Assembly: GCA_964016885.1 (NCBI GenBank)
Contig: CAXHJY010001010.1
Coordinates: 1 to 64,000, forward strand
Origin: Eledone cirrhosa
Lineage: Eukaryota
Length of the DNA: 64,000 nt
Reading direction: 5' to 3'
Shown: positions 38,257 through 54,535 of the stretch, in pieces
Numbering within the stretch: the first letter of the stretch is position 1
Layout: the number at the start of each line of letters is the position of its first letter
Translations under genes and position numbers: made by a program
Notes under the pieces: generated by a model
What the model saw: only the letters and a program-made list of their open reading frames with translations
The model's database searches: none
What the model was told of the DNA's origin: nothing

Positions 38257-38365
38257 CATATACATATATATATATATATATAAATATATATATATATAAA
38301 TATATATATATACATATATATATATATAAATATATATATATATACATATAAATATATATATATAA

Positions 38366-38433
<68 letters not shown>

Positions 38434-38491
38434 ATATATATATATATACATTTAAATATATATATATACATATATATATATATAAATATAT
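37940..38491. repeat. Degenerate (TA)n microsatellite
   Basis: Direct observation. Confidence 0.95.
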
Positions 38492-39800
38492 TTCATTTCA
38501 TTTCATTTGAGTTTGAGTCTATGCTCAGGCCAAGTCGAAGACTCCACCCTCAGAGTCTGGTGTGGTTGCCAGGTTGGATTCTCTGTTTAATTTTGACATG
38601 TGTAGGAGCGAGTTTGAGTCAGTTTGTGGTCGTTGTGTATATCCTGGGAGATGGGGTTCATCTCTAATGGTGCTTAAGTATCTATCCAGCTGCAATTTGA
38701 ATGATTCCACACTGCATCCTGATAGATTTCTGACATGTACCGGAATGGAGTTGAATAGTTGTGCCCCTCGAACCAACAGACATGACTCTCGAAGGGTTTT
38801 TGCTGCCTGGCCAGCCCTTTTGTTGATTGGTGGTAGCTGGCAGCGTCTTCCGTGGCGCAGTGAGTTGTAGGTTTTGATACCAAAGTTTGATACCTTTTGC
38901 TCTATCATTTTCCAAATGTATATAATTCGGTATCGCTCAAATTTTCTTTCTATTGAGTACATCTTCGAGGTTTTGAATCTTTGCCAATAGTCCAGGTCCC
39001 TCGTTTCTGAGACGTATGAGGTAAAATTTCTTTGGAGCGATTCCATCTTAGATAGTTGGCCCTTTGTTGTTGGTGACCACAACTGAGAACAGTAGTCAAT
39101 CCTCGGAAGTACCATACTCTTCCAGAGGGTTTTCATTGTTGAGGTATCTCTTGATTTGAAGGTGCGCAAGATCCACCCGCTATACTTTCTTGCAGTAAGA
39201 CAGACTGATTCAAGGCGTTCTCTGAATTTTAGGCTTGTTCCCATGTGGATGCCTAAATCTTTCACACACTGTTTTTCCATTATTAGTTGTCCTGATGGGT
39301 TTCTGTAGTTTGTTGTATCTTTCAGATCTTGATCTGTTCCGTAGCGAATTAGTTCATACTTCTTGTCATTGAACAATATGTTGTTTGTTTCCTGCCATTT
39401 GTATATGGTGGTTAGGTCCTTTTGTAAGGCCTCTGTATCCACCTCGTCTTTGATTTGTCTCATGACCCTTGTGTCATCAGCAAAGGATGAGACGTTGCTG
39501 GTTGTATCTTCATCTATGTTAGAGATGAGGATGAGAAACAGGATCGGGCCGAGTACTGTACCCTGTGGAACACTGCTGGTCACAGATGATGGTGTTGAAT
39601 GGGTTCCATTCACAGTCACTGTTTGAGTTCTATTTGTAAGGAACTCATGTATCCATGTACCAACTTTTCCTCTTACTCCTAGCTTTCGAAGTTTTTGTCC
39701 CAGGATGCCATGATCTACCTTGTCAACTGCCTTGGCAAAGTCTAGGTAAATAACATCTGTGTTGTATCCATTCTCTAGATTTTCTAGGATTTGGTCACAT
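38492..39800 (-). mobile_element. 5'-truncated CR1/Jockey-group LINE; RT ORF open from ~39800 to 38525; (AAATG)n tail
   Basis: [62 protein letters not shown]. Confidence 0.93.
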
Positions 39801-39822
39801 GGACACATACTAAAACATATAA

Positions 39823-39895
<73 letters not shown>

Positions 39896-39916
39896 CATAT
39901 AAATATATATATATAC

Positions 39917-39967
<51 letters not shown>

Positions 39968-40123
39968 AATATAGATTTTGAGTATATGTTGGTTGTATAC
40001 CAACACCTCAGTATGCAGGCTGGAGCACTCGACGAAGTGCGCAGGTTGGTTTGGTTACTCCGGAGTAATGTAAAATAAAGTTAAATAAAAAGTCAAATGT
40101 TTAAAATTTAGCTTCGTTTATTG

Positions 40124-40176
40124 CTGCTATATATATTTCAGTGACAGCCATCTTCGGCTGTGACCTCTTCAGGCAG
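40124..40176 (-). ncRNA. Type I hammerhead ribozyme in PLE family C terminus
   Basis: cugc CUGAAGA ggucacagcc gaagau ggcugucacu GAAA uauau AUA gcag. Confidence 0.82.
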
Positions 40177-43066
40177 TCCGAATTAGTGTGGTATAGACAA
40201 GTACATATGTTGCTGAGGTGTATAATATTGTCAATACTCTTATATGCCCAGTTCCTGGTTGGGTTGTTATTTCATTGAGGAACTAAAATAATATGAATTC
40301 AAACAAACGAATTTCAGTGTCAAAGGGCCTCTTCTCCTCTCATTGGTCAGTTGTTAGAACATTCCTCATTCTAAGTGTTGTTATTGTTGGAGTTAGCTTA
40401 AAAAATTGATAAAGTGGTAGAAGGGACAAGGTGTTAAAGGAACAAAATAACAAAAAAGGTGTCAAACTTCCCATTGGTCAGTTCTGAGAGCATTCCTCAG
40501 TCAGAAGTCTGTAGAATTATTTCTGGGGTGAGGCTCCCTGTAGTGTTTGTGTTTGCTATTGTTAAGTACATTTGACCTCTACCATTATTTTGGTAGTGTT
40601 GTTGGAGTTGTGGTCAGCTTATGTCTTGCCTCTGTTGACAATTTAGAAGTATCTGTGTGTGTGTTTCTTCATCTCTCCTGCCACCATCTCTCATAGTGGT
40701 GGTGGTGAGGGGGGGGGGGGGTTCTTCCATGTATATGAAGAAATATAAGGCAATAAATGAAGTTGTATGATTTGAAAATAAATAATTAATAGAGAATAAA
40801 GAATAAATGAAAAATTGGTGAAAAAGTAATGAAAATGAATATGGAGAAGTGAAAAATGAAATGAAGATTCAAATAAAGTAGGATAAAGTGTGTGTGTGCT
40901 ATAACCAATCTCAAGGTCAGAAATATGTTGGATAGATTGGTATGAGGGACAAGATGTTAAAATAAGATAATCAAACAAAATGTGTTTGTGTAATAATCAA
41001 TCTCAACTTAAAAATAAGGTGATACAGTGAAGAGGGCAGAAAACAAATAACAAATTAATAAAGAGAAAACAAGATTTAAAATTGGGACTTGAAAGTCAGA
41101 AATTAAGTAAATTAAAATGTGTTTGTGTTATATAGATGTTGGCCAAATTATAATGGCTGTGTCCGATTCAATCACTAAGCTATCATGGTGTCTGCTCAGC
41201 CTGGGTTGTTCCCTGTGGCTTGAGGGTAGTTCACAACCTAGGGTATTTTTACTGCCCATATAGCTTGAGGGAGGTCTGGCTGAGAGGTGTTTACATGTTC
41301 AGTAGAAGTCCCTATAGCTTGAGGGGAGATCACATCTTCTTGTGTTGCTACTATCCATATATATTAAGGAAGGTCCCGGCTCTAAGGTGTCTGCATGTTC
41401 CGAAGAATTCGGTTCTGAGGTTTATCAGGCTGCTTCCACCTCTTAGTATCTCGAAGGTCTCGTTCAGGCATAGTTTGCATATGCAAGATCCCCCTTTATC
41501 GGGTGGTACTTTCCTGATTATGTACCAGGCCAGAGAGTACGGGGTCCTGTCCAGCTTAAGCTTCCAGATCAGGTCGGAGAGAGCCATGCTTTTCCTTTTG
41601 GCCTCCTTATTGAATGAATGGCGATGGTTGTACCAGCTGTCTTTAAAGCTCGTTGATGTGGCTCCTATGTAGAGGTTTTCGGAGTTGGGGGTTTTAACCC
41701 TACAACCGTATACTAGGTTCTTCTTGAGGCATTCATTACCAAGGGGGCATGATTCGGGGTTTCTGCAGTTGCAGAGAGTGGTCAACCTCTGCGTGCCTAG
41801 ATTAGGGTTCCCGTTATGTGTTACATGTTGGTCTTCCCCCAGGCAAGGTGGGGGGTCCCCGGGTCTGTTTGGGTTTCTTGGGTGGGCTCTTGGTCCCCCC
41901 TTCCATCCTTTCACATGGTTCTGCTGAGTGTTTGTATTGCCATCTTCTGGTTGTGTCTGGTTTTTAAGCCTACTCCTGTTGATGCTAGCTATGTGTTGGG
42001 CCAGATTTCTCGTGGTGGAATACGAGAGCTTCACAGTGTGTCTATTGAAGATCCTGTGGTATCTGTGGTCCCTCGGGAAGCATTTATCAAGTGCTCCAAA
42101 GAATGATCGGGCCAAGCTGTTCTTTACTGCTATAACCAATCTCAAGGTCAGAAATATGTTGGATAGATTGGTATGAGGTACAAGCTGTTAAAATAAGATA
42201 ATCAAACAAAATGTGTTTGTGTAATAATCAATCTCAACTTAAAAATAAATATAAGGTGATACAGTACCAATCTATCCAACATATTTCTGACCTTGAGATT
42301 GGTTATAGCACACAGACACTTTATCCTACTTTATTTGAATCTTCATTTTATTTTTCACTTCTCCATATTCAGTTTCATTACTTTTTCAACAATTTTTCAT
42401 TTATTCTTTATTCTTTATTCTCTATTTATTATTTATTTTCAAATTATACAAATTATATTATTTATTTTCTGTTTTCTTCATTTATTGCCTTATATTTCTT
42501 CATATACATGGAATAACCCCCCCACCACCACCACCACCACCACCACTATGAGAGATGGTGGCAGGAGAGATGAAGAAAAAACACACAAAGATACTTCTAA
42601 ATTGTCAACAGAAGCAAGACATAAGCTGACCATAACTCCAACAACACTACCAAAATAATGGTAGAGGTTAAATGTACTTAACAATAGCAAACACAAACAC
42701 TACAGGGAGCCTCGCCCAAGAAAGAATTCTATAGACTTCTGACTGAGGAATGCTCTCAGAACTGACCAATGGGAAGTTTGACACTTTTTTGTTATTTTGT
42801 TCCTTTAACACCTTGTCCCTTCTAACACTTTATCAATTTTTTAAGCTAACTCCAAAAATAACAACACTTAGAATGAGGAATGTTCTAACAACTGACCAAT
42901 GGGAGGAGAAGGGGCCCTTTGACACTGAAATTCGTTAGTTTGAATTCATATGATTCCAGTTCCTCAGTGGAATAACAACCCAACCAGGAACTGGGCATAT
43001 AATAGTATTGACAATATTATACACCTCAACAACATATGTACTTGTCTATACCACACTAATTCGAAA

Positions 43067-43117
43067 TGCCTGAAGAGGTCACAGCCAAAGATGGCTGTCA
43101 CTGAAATATATATAGCA
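43067..43117 (+). ncRNA. Inverted copy of the family C hammerhead
   Basis: ugc CUGAAGA ggucacagcc aaagau ggcugucacu GAAA uauau AUA gca. Confidence 0.8.
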
Positions 43118-43169
43118 GCAATAAACGAAGCTAAATTTTAAACATTTGACTTTTTATTTAACTTTATTT

Positions 43170-44584
<1,415 letters not shown>

Positions 44585-44610
44585 CACACACACACGCACA
44601 CACACACACA

Positions 44611-44654
<44 letters not shown>

Positions 44655-45046
44655 CGGCTGGAGAGAAATGAAGCAAGTATGCTCCGTTGGATGTGTAATG
44701 TCAATGTGCGTGAACGACCAAGCATAGACGAGATGAGAAAGAAACTGGGTATAAGAGGGATAAGTTGTGGTGTGCAGGAAAGAAGGCTGAGATGGTATGG
44801 ACATGTGATATGCATGGAGCATCACCGCTGGTTAAAGGCGTGCGAAGAAATCCCAGTAGAAGGAAGACGCAGTAGATGTAGGCCACGTAAAGCATGGGCG
44901 GAAGTGGTGAACCCAGACCTCAGATCGCTGTAACTCAACGAGGAGAGGACGAAGGCCCCTGACAAGTGGAGTGCTACTGTGCTGAATAGGACCCGTCCAA
45001 CCCTTGTAAGCAGGGAAAAGCGGATATAAAATGATGATGATGATGA
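44655..45046 (+). mobile_element. RTE LINE 3' end (also at ~46706-47100 and ~48691-49085)
   Basis: RLERNEASMLRWMC...ERRLRWYGHV...CRPRKAW; (GAT)n tail. Confidence 0.9.
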
Positions 45047-45049
45047 TAC

Positions 45050-45189
<140 letters not shown>

Positions 45190-45273
45190 GTTATTCCGGG
45201 TTGAATCGGAGGTAACCACAGTAAGTAAGGTACTCAATACATTGCAGAGTATAAAAGTTTTAATATAGATGAG

Positions 45274-45320
45274 ATTCTACAGGACTAGAACTGTTTCATT
45301 CTTTAGAAATCATCAGGAAT
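45274..45320 (-). ncRNA. Type I hammerhead ribozyme in 135 bp module, copy 1 of 5
   Basis: auuc CUGAUGA u uucu aa agaa u GAAAC ag uucuaguc cu GUA gaau. Confidence 0.88.
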
Positions 45321-45321
45321 T

Positions 45322-45367
<46 letters not shown>

Positions 45368-45368
45368 C

Positions 45369-45427
<59 letters not shown>

Positions 45428-45541
45428 ATATGTATATATATATATATGTATATATACGTTATTCCGGGTTGAATCGGAGGTAACCACAGTAAGTAAGGTA
45501 CTCAGTACATTGCAGAGTATAAAAGTTTTAATATAGATGAG

Positions 45542-45588
45542 ATTCTACAGGACTAGAACTGTTTCATTCTTTAGAAATCATCAGGAAT
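45542..45588 (-). ncRNA. Hammerhead ribozyme, copy 2 of 5
   Basis: Identical to 45274-45320. Confidence 0.88.
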
Positions 45589-45589
45589 T

Positions 45590-45669
<80 letters not shown>

Positions 45670-45670
45670 C

Positions 45671-45716
<46 letters not shown>

Positions 45717-45723
45717 CATATAA

Positions 45724-45754
<31 letters not shown>

Positions 45755-45767
45755 TATATATATATAC

Positions 45768-45821
<54 letters not shown>

Positions 45822-46359
45822 ATATATATATATATATATGTGTGTATATATATATATATATAAATGGAAAAGAATGAAACGAAATTTCATTTCTCAGTCT
45901 TAGTACGACTGATACTTAAATGTAAGTATGTATGAATACGTACATACATATATGTATACAAACGTACAGTAATATGTATATATATACATACATGCACACA
46001 TATATATATTTGTACGTACGGGTTTACCGAACATTTATTATAAAGTTCGGTTTGTTTGTTTGTAAACAAACAAACAGCCCGAATGACGCTTAAAGTTCGG
46101 TAAACCCATACGTACATATATATATGTTTGCATATACGCCTGTATACATATATGTATGTACATATACATACATACTTACATTTAAGTATCAGCCGTACTA
46201 AGAGCGAGAAATGAAATTTCGTTTCATTCTTTTCCATTTATCGTTTTCGGTGAGCCCGGCCGACTAACTCACTCGATATGCAAATTAAGCTGCTCAGCCG
46301 TTAATATGCATGTGGAAAGTATATACTTTCAGACATTCAATCATCTGGCAGGAAGTTAT

Positions 46360-46402
46360 ACGATGCTGACGATAGCTAAAAAGCTTGAAACTAGTACATC
46401 GT
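46360..46402 (+). ncRNA. Minimal hammerhead ribozyme (28942 family), intact
   Basis: acgaug CUGACGA u agcu aaaa agcu u GAAAC ua GUA caucgu. Confidence 0.88.
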
Positions 46403-46615
46403 TCATGTGTAAGTGTTGAACAAAAAGGCGACGATGGTTGCCTGAACACTGTAGGGCTTAATTCGGGCTGTTTGTTTGTTTACAAACAAACAAACCGAAC
46501 ATTATAATAAATGTTCGGTAAACCCATACGTACATATATATATGTGTGCATCTATGTATATATATACACTACTGTACGTCTGTATACATATATGTATGTA
46601 CGTATAAATACATAC

Positions 46616-46706
<91 letters not shown>

Positions 46707-47101
46707 CGGCTGGAGAGAAATGAAGCAAGTATGCTCCGTTGGATGTGTAATGTCAATGTGCGTGAACGACCAAGCATAGACGAGATGAGAAAGAAACTGG
46801 GTATAAGAGGGATAAGTTGTGGTGTGCAGGAAAGAAGGCTGAGATGGTATGGACATGTGATATGCATGGAGCATCACCGCTGGTTAAAGGCGTGCGAAGA
46901 AATCCCAGTAGAAGGAAGACGCAGTAGATGTAGGCCACGTAAAGCATGGGCGGAGGTGGTGAACCCAGACCTCAGATCGCTGTAACTCAACGAGGAGAGG
47001 ACGAAGGCCCCTGACAAGTGGAGTGCTACTGTGCTGAATAGGACCCGTCCAACCCTTGTAAGCAGGGAAAAGCGGATATAAAATGATGATGATGATGATA
47101 C

Positions 47102-47142
<41 letters not shown>

Positions 47143-47145
47143 ATG

Positions 47146-47176
<31 letters not shown>

Positions 47177-47177
47177 G

Positions 47178-47225
<48 letters not shown>

Positions 47226-47309
47226 GTTATTCCGGGTTGAATCGGAGGTAACCACAGTAAGTAAGGTACTCAATACATTGCAGAGTATAAAAGTTTTAAT
47301 ATAGATGAG

Positions 47310-47356
47310 ATTCTACAGGACTAGAACTGTTTCATTCTTTAGAAATCATCAGGAAT
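47310..47356 (-). ncRNA. Hammerhead ribozyme, copy 3 of 5
   Basis: Identical to 45274-45320. Confidence 0.88.
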
Positions 47357-47357
47357 T

Positions 47358-47455
<98 letters not shown>

Positions 47456-47569
47456 ATATGTATATATATATATATGTATATATACGTTATTCCGGGTTGA
47501 ATCGGAGGTAACCACAGTAAGTAAGGTACTCAGTACATCGCAGAGTATAAAAGTTTTAATATAGATGAG

Positions 47570-47616
47570 ATTCTACAGGACTAGAACTGTTTCATTCTTT
47601 AGAAATCATCAGGAAT
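47570..47616 (-). ncRNA. Hammerhead ribozyme, copy 4 of 5
   Basis: Identical to 45274-45320. Confidence 0.88.
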
Positions 47617-47617
47617 T

Positions 47618-47663
<46 letters not shown>

Positions 47664-47664
47664 C

Positions 47665-47714
<50 letters not shown>

Positions 47715-47721
47715 CATATAA

Positions 47722-47752
<31 letters not shown>

Positions 47753-47765
47753 TATATATATATAC

Positions 47766-47825
<60 letters not shown>

Positions 47826-48336
47826 ATATATATATATATATAAATGGAAAAGAATGAAACGAAATTTCATTTCTCAGTCTTAGTACGACTGATACTTAAA
47901 TGTAAGTATGTATGAATACGTACATACATATATGTATACAAACGTACAGTAATATGTATATATATACATACATGCACACATATATATATTTGTACGTACG
48001 GGTTTACCGAACATTTATTATAAAGTTCGGTTTGTTTGTTTGTAAACAAACAAACAGCCCGAATGACGCTTAAAGTTCGGTAAACCCATACGTACATATA
48101 TATATGTTTGCATCGCCTGTATACATATATGTATGTACATATACATACATACTTACATTTAAGTATCAGCCGTACTAAGAGCGAGAAATGAAATTTCGTT
48201 TCATTCTTTTCCATTTATCGTTTTCGGTGAGCCCGGCCGACTAACTCACTCGATATGCAAATTAAGCTGCTCAGCCGTTAATATGCATGTGGAAAGTATA
48301 TACTTTCAGACATTCAATCATCTGGCAGGAAGTTAT

Positions 48337-48379
48337 ACGATGCTGACGATAGCTAAAAAGCTTGAAACTAGTACATCGT
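48337..48379 (+). ncRNA. Minimal hammerhead ribozyme (28942 family), intact
   Basis: Identical to 46360-46402. Confidence 0.88.
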
Positions 48380-48590
48380 TCATGTGTAAGTGTTGAACAA
48401 AAAGGCGACGATGGTTGCCTGAACACTGTACGGCGTAATTCGGGCTGTTTGTTTGTTTACAAACAAACAAACCGAACATTATAATAAATGTTCGGTAAAC
48501 CCATACGTACATATATATGTGTGCATCTATGTATATATATACACTACTGTACGTCTGTATACATATATGTATGTACGTATAAATACATAC

Positions 48591-48691
<101 letters not shown>

Positions 48692-49086
48692 CGGCTGGAG
48701 AGAAATGAAGCAAGTATGCTCCGTTGGATGTGTAATGTCAATGTGCGTGAACGACCAAGCATAGACGAGATGAGAAAGAAACTGGGTATAAGAGGGATAA
48801 GTTGTGGTGTGCAGGAAAGAAGGCTGAGATGGTATGGACATGTGATATGCATGGAGCATCACCGCTGGTTAAAGGCGTGCGAAGAAATCCCAGTAGAAGG
48901 AAGACGCAGTAGATGTAGGCCACGTAAAGCATGGGCGGAGGTGGTGAACCCAGACCTCAGATCGCTGTAACTCAACGAGGAGAGGACGAAGGCCCCTGAC
49001 AAGTGGAGTGCTACTGTGCTGAATAGGACCCGTCCAACCCTTGTAAGCAGGGAAAAGCGGATATAAAATGATGATGATGATGATAC

Positions 49087-49155
<69 letters not shown>

Positions 49156-49271
49156 ATATGTATATATATATATATATGTATATATACGTTATTCCGGGTT
49201 GAATCGGAGGTAACCACAGTAAGTAAGGTACTCAGTACATTGCAGAGTATAAAAGTTATAATATAGATGAG

Positions 49272-49318
49272 ATTCTACAGGACTAGAACTGTTTCATTCT
49301 TTAGAAATCATCAGGAAT
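49272..49318 (-). ncRNA. Hammerhead ribozyme, copy 5 of 5
   Basis: Identical to 45274-45320. Confidence 0.88.
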
Positions 49319-49321
49319 TTG

Positions 49322-49381
<60 letters not shown>

Positions 49382-49384
49382 TAT

Positions 49385-49564
<180 letters not shown>

Positions 49565-49567
49565 ATA

Positions 49568-49785
<218 letters not shown>

Positions 49786-49883
49786 AATGAAGTATTTCCG
49801 TCGGAAGGTACAGGAATAAAAGAGTGCTCTATGTAGGCTACAGAGCTTATTAGTTATGTAATAAACAACATAAGATAATTATT

Positions 49884-49942
49884 TAATTTACCAGTGGTTT
49901 CTTGAAGACAGGTGTTGTATCTGTCTTCGGTCGTCAGAATGA
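49884..49942 (-). ncRNA. Hammerhead ribozyme, partly degenerate, in an inverted segment upstream of a PLE fragment
   Basis: ucauu CUGACGA cc gaagacag...cugucuuc aa GAAAC cacug GUA aauua. Confidence 0.65.
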
Positions 49943-49999
49943 ATAAAAAAACATGGTGTTTTTATTAAATATGGATTTGAAAGTAAAATTTAGGAAATA

Positions 50000-50930
50000 T
50001 GAAATTGGGGCTGAAAGAGACGGGCGAAATTGCAACACCAATTGGGAAGATCTTCTTTAGTCTTCACGATAAAATTTCCCACCCCAACACCGCTACCACA
50101 ATATCAACAGAAACATTATTAAAGTTTCCTACAGCACTACACCCGATTTGTACAAAACATTGCTTCATCTAACAACAGAAACTCCTCTCTAACAGAACAA
50201 ATAACAACGATATTGGTGGTGAGCAAACTAGGAGTTGTAACTGTCCGGATAGATAATCGTGCCCCCTCAACAATAGATGCTTAGAATAAAACGTGGTCTA
50301 CCAGGGCAATGTGAGGACAGAAAACTCCATCAAGGCCTACATCGGATTAACCACCTGCGATTTTAAGACCCGCTATTACCAACACCAACATACATTTAGA
50401 AACCCGGCTCAGCGACACGCGACAGCACTTTCTGGTCATATTGGGGACCTTCAAGACAACAATATTACTTACTATCTAAGTTGGAGCATACTTTCCAAGG
50501 AAAAATCTTACATGGGAGGATGCCGTCCATGCAATTTATGCTTGGAGGAAACGATCCTGATGATGTTTGCAAAGGAAAGGACCAACTCTTAAAAAAAGGA
50601 TAAACTTGTTACCTCGTGAAAACACAGAATACATAAGACATATCTTATATTGAAACCCCCTCACGACCCGGCTGGGTAGACCTCGGCTGTATCTCTTTCC
50701 TATTTACAAACTAAGATAGAGGAAAGCCCAAGCATACTTAGGTAGAAGTGACATTTTTTTCTTTTCTTTTTCTTCGTTAGTTACACACTCTAATTAAACT
50801 TACGTGGATCTTTGCATATCTACATTATTATATCAGTTTCCATTCTTCTTTAGGTTATCCCGAATTTGTTCACTCTTGTTAAATATACATAGTACCGGCT
50901 GAACACGTAGCCATGTTCTTTTTTTTTGGG
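50000..50930 (+). pseudogene. Degraded 5'-truncated PLE GIY-YIG region (related to families B and C) plus 3' UTR
   Basis: VVYQGNV...YIGLTTCDFKTRYYQH...ATALSGHI...CNLCLEE; upstream NRNIIKVSYS. Confidence 0.85.
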
Positions 50931-51409
50931 GGGGGGGGGGGTATAATTATAAAAGATAATACTAGTAAATTACTGCATTGAGGTGCCGTTCCAGAATATT
51001 AGAGTGAGTGATAACTAAATTCTATTTTTTAGGAATTTAATTAGTATTAATATCTATATGCTTTGCTCTTTAGCAAACTGTTAGACCTGGCATACTCACT
51101 TTCACTCTACAACACTCCTTGATTCTCACATGCTGATTTTACCCTCATTAGTGATAGTTGTAAAGAATTCTCTCTTAACGCATGAGCGGCCTGGCATCCA
51201 CAGGTCAGAATGTCATCTTACTCCCTCCCCATTGTTATACAGGCCAATTCAGCCCCCACCTCCCACCACGATGAAGGAATTGAACCATGTACATGACATC
51301 CCCAAATCATTGACCACTCCCCGTGACAGACAAGAGAAACAACATTTTTTAGGATTGTTTGATTTGATACTTCTACTTTGTTTTGATTGCGTACCCATAT
51401 ATGGACTGT

Positions 51410-51506
51410 ACTCCTGATAAGTTCAGCTAGGTCTCTGTGGTCCTAATACTACTGGTTTAGTTCGGATCTAGCTGTCGAAATGTCTGGTGCTCACCTGTCA
51501 GGGTCC
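51410..51506 (+). ncRNA. Degenerate hammerhead-like motif at the end of a TA-terminated fragment
   Basis: CUGAUAA g..cagcuagguc...gaucuagcug uc GAAA...GUC; stem I mismatched; layout resembles 21220-21313. Confidence 0.4.
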
Positions 51507-52419
51507 TAACTCTTTTCCTATATATATATGTATATATATAATGATTCGTACACTGAAATCAATATAATGCTACTGCATGTTTCATGATTCAACTCCAGCC
51601 AAGAAACCTAAAGTAGTGTTTTAATGTTTAGAATGTCTAATTTATAATAAATTAGCTCTACTTTTTACATAGTGCTTTCTGTTTAGTTTCTTGCTACATA
51701 CATGCATGCATACATACATGCTGGCTGAAAACTCTGCTAAGAGTATTGTAATCGCTTGTCAGATTATAGTGTTTGGTGCACTTTGAAGTTACAGCTAGCC
51801 ATACGATGCTGTAACATATCCTGAACAAGCAATACCTGTATTTTGAAGGATTTTTTAAGGGCAAAAGGTCTTGCACGCGACCAATCCCACTCTCTGAGTA
51901 TTGAAAACACTAACTGCAAAGTAGAACTGGTCAACATCATCGGATGCTTCCAAAGCCACAGGTTTTTTTTTTTCAGAGTTTCCCTCTCTTAGAAAGGTGT
52001 TGTGACACCAGCTGGAGGCCTTTCATTCCCAGATGAAAAAATAAAAGTACAATTTGGATGGCCATTGACTCTGCTGAGTTCCTCCGCCCTTTGCTGGCTC
52101 TTGCATTTCATCCCGTAGGGTGTCCAAATATCACCCTCCTCACCAAGCAAGCTTGATGGGGTTCCCAGTTTAGTCACTGACAACCCGACCATGAGACAGG
52201 TTGTACTGGGTTACAAGCTACCAGTAGAACTCAAGAGCGACCGACGTACATACATACATACACACATATTTATGCTGCATTTCATTGTTGGTCATGCTTA
52301 CTGTAAAGTTGTAGGTTCTTCATTTGTTGAGATTAAGTATCTTTTTTTTTTTTTTAACTCTTTAAGTGCTAGTCTTGTTTTTCGGTATTTTACATGATAT
52401 TTTTGGGTATATGATAAAA

Positions 52420-52790
52420 TGCACCCAGTACACTCTGTAAATTGGTAGTGCTAGTTCCACAATGTAAGGCGCACAAATCATTCTGTAACTGGTCGTGCTG
52501 ATGCCATAAGAAAATTCATGTAGTATATTCTGTAAAGTGGTAACGTTGGTGCCACAATAAAATGCATTTAGTACATTTTGTAAATTAGTTGTAAATTAGT
52601 TTCACAATGAAATGCACTCATTTCACTCTGTAAAGTATTTGCCATTAGGAAGAGCATCCAGTTCTTGAAACTGTGTTGGAAATGTAATGTATGAGCAAGA
52701 CATAGTTCTCCAATAGTCTCAGACTGTGACAACTTTTCAAAATCATGGCGGCCTTAAAAGACATATAAAATGATGATGATAATGATGATA
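52420..52790 (+). mobile_element. Old SINE 3' region with internal ~55 bp subrepeats and (GAT)n tail
   Basis: Repeated aaatgcac..agtacactctgtaaa motif; ttaggaagagcatccag. Confidence 0.6.
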
Positions 52791-54037
52791 TTTTAGCAAT
52801 AGCCAATATCTTGGATAGAGTATGTGCATGTCATTCCAGAATGCTATTGAGTTATTTAATGAAGCTTTGGCTCTCAGTTGTGACCCAACGACATACTATA
52901 GGAGTTACAAGATATTTTAATGTTAATGCACCAGTATGTGTTTCCTTTTACATAGCCTAAATGCAAACATATTTCATTCTCTTTCCTTAAACTGTTGACT
53001 TTTTTTCGATTCACGAGACATTTGTGAAACTCTTGAATCTCTATGAAATCTAATAGCACTCTTGGGTGCTTTGGATTATCACTTCAGCGAATCCTTCATT
53101 TTAAATGTATTGGAAATAAACCTATAAATAAAATTTGCTAGCAAAAAACAAAATAAATAAACAAAATGACAAGAAAGAATGTGAAAAAAAGAACATGCAA
53201 ATAAAGCATTTAGAATTGTGGAATTAAATAAATAACTAAATAGATTGAGAAATATACAAATAAACAATATTTTATGTGTCTGAAATAGAAAATATTATAT
53301 ACAATTGAAAAGACACTCGCACTCACATACACACATGTATGAATGTATTCTCAAACACATTAACATTTCCCCACTCCTAACGATACATAATAAATATAAA
53401 AAATAATATTCTAAAAAACATATTTCTATATTTCAATATGAAATAATATATATGTATATATAAAAACAAAAAGGTAAAATTAAAATTAAATAAAAAACTA
53501 AATAAAATATAATAAAATGAAATAAAGTAAATTAAATTGAATAATGAATAAACAAAATAAACACTCTGAAAATGTATATAATTCCATTTCTAATCATAAA
53601 ACCACATAGTTTTAGAATAATTGAACCAAAATATTCCTCATTTCATGCTTTAGTTATCCATGAGTCAGCTTTGGAAATTGATTTTATGTCACTTTCGGTA
53701 TTTATTCTATCTTATCCTCTTAAATCTCTATTGCTGGTAACAATAGGCAAACTGGCTGACAAGGCACCATTAATATATTGTGCTGAATGCTGTAAAACAT
53801 AAAATAAGCTCCTGGAGAGCCACTTTCACAACATCGTTCCCACTTTATTTTGTATAGCCATTTCATGTCACTTATGTTGCTAATACCTTTAGTAAATTTT
53901 TTTTTTTTTTTTTAGAAAGGCATGAACACAACTGTGTAATGTTTCCTTTTGCTTATTATGAGGAACTGAAATATTTCAACCCTTTTGACACCAAACTCGC
54001 CAAAACTAGCTCTGCTTCTACAAAACAAATAACCATT

Positions 54038-54535
54038 TTAACACTTTTGATGCCAACCTGACCAAAACCACCACTGGTTGATAAGTTTCAGAAAGCCAGT
54101 ATGACCCAGTATAAATATATAAAAAGCAAATGATGACAAATAAAACAAAACAAAGTAATGTTTGGGTAACTAAACACAATGACCATTTCAATAGCCTCAG
54201 TGTGAGTGTGTGTCCGTCAAACATATACATATTCACGAGGTCCGATCACAAAGGAACCAAACTACCATTGTCACTGCCTCCATCTCTCCTGCTTTCCCAA
54301 TGTTTTACTCAGTATATTTCAACATCATATTTCACAGCTATTACTACATCTCTGGTTCCTTGAAACAAAAACAGCCAATTGTAAAGGATTCCTATTTAGA
54401 TTAAAATGTTCCAACATATAAGAACTATATGTTAAGTTGCTATTGCCATAATGAAATAATTAGTTATTTTAGTAAATTTTGTAAAATCCAGCATTAATTA
54501 AAATAGTCTATGAAATTCAGTTATGAAAGGGTTAA
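54038..54535. mobile_element. Ancient non-autonomous element with TTAA-CCCT-like ends (piggyBac-like); related remnants at ~9975-10260, 30250-30655, 57485-58105 and 60560-60905
   Basis: Recurrent ttaac(a/c)cttttga(c/t)(a/g)ccaa starts and gaaagggttaa ends. Confidence 0.45.

Noticed and set aside
39800-40006. N-terminal part of the 493 aa ORF
   Set aside because: Chance in-frame read-through of a TA tract into the truncated LINE RT
51900-52240. GC-richer segment resembling a LINE 5' UTR that might hold an HDV-like ribozyme
   Set aside because: The double pseudoknot could not be assembled by eye; needs a descriptor search
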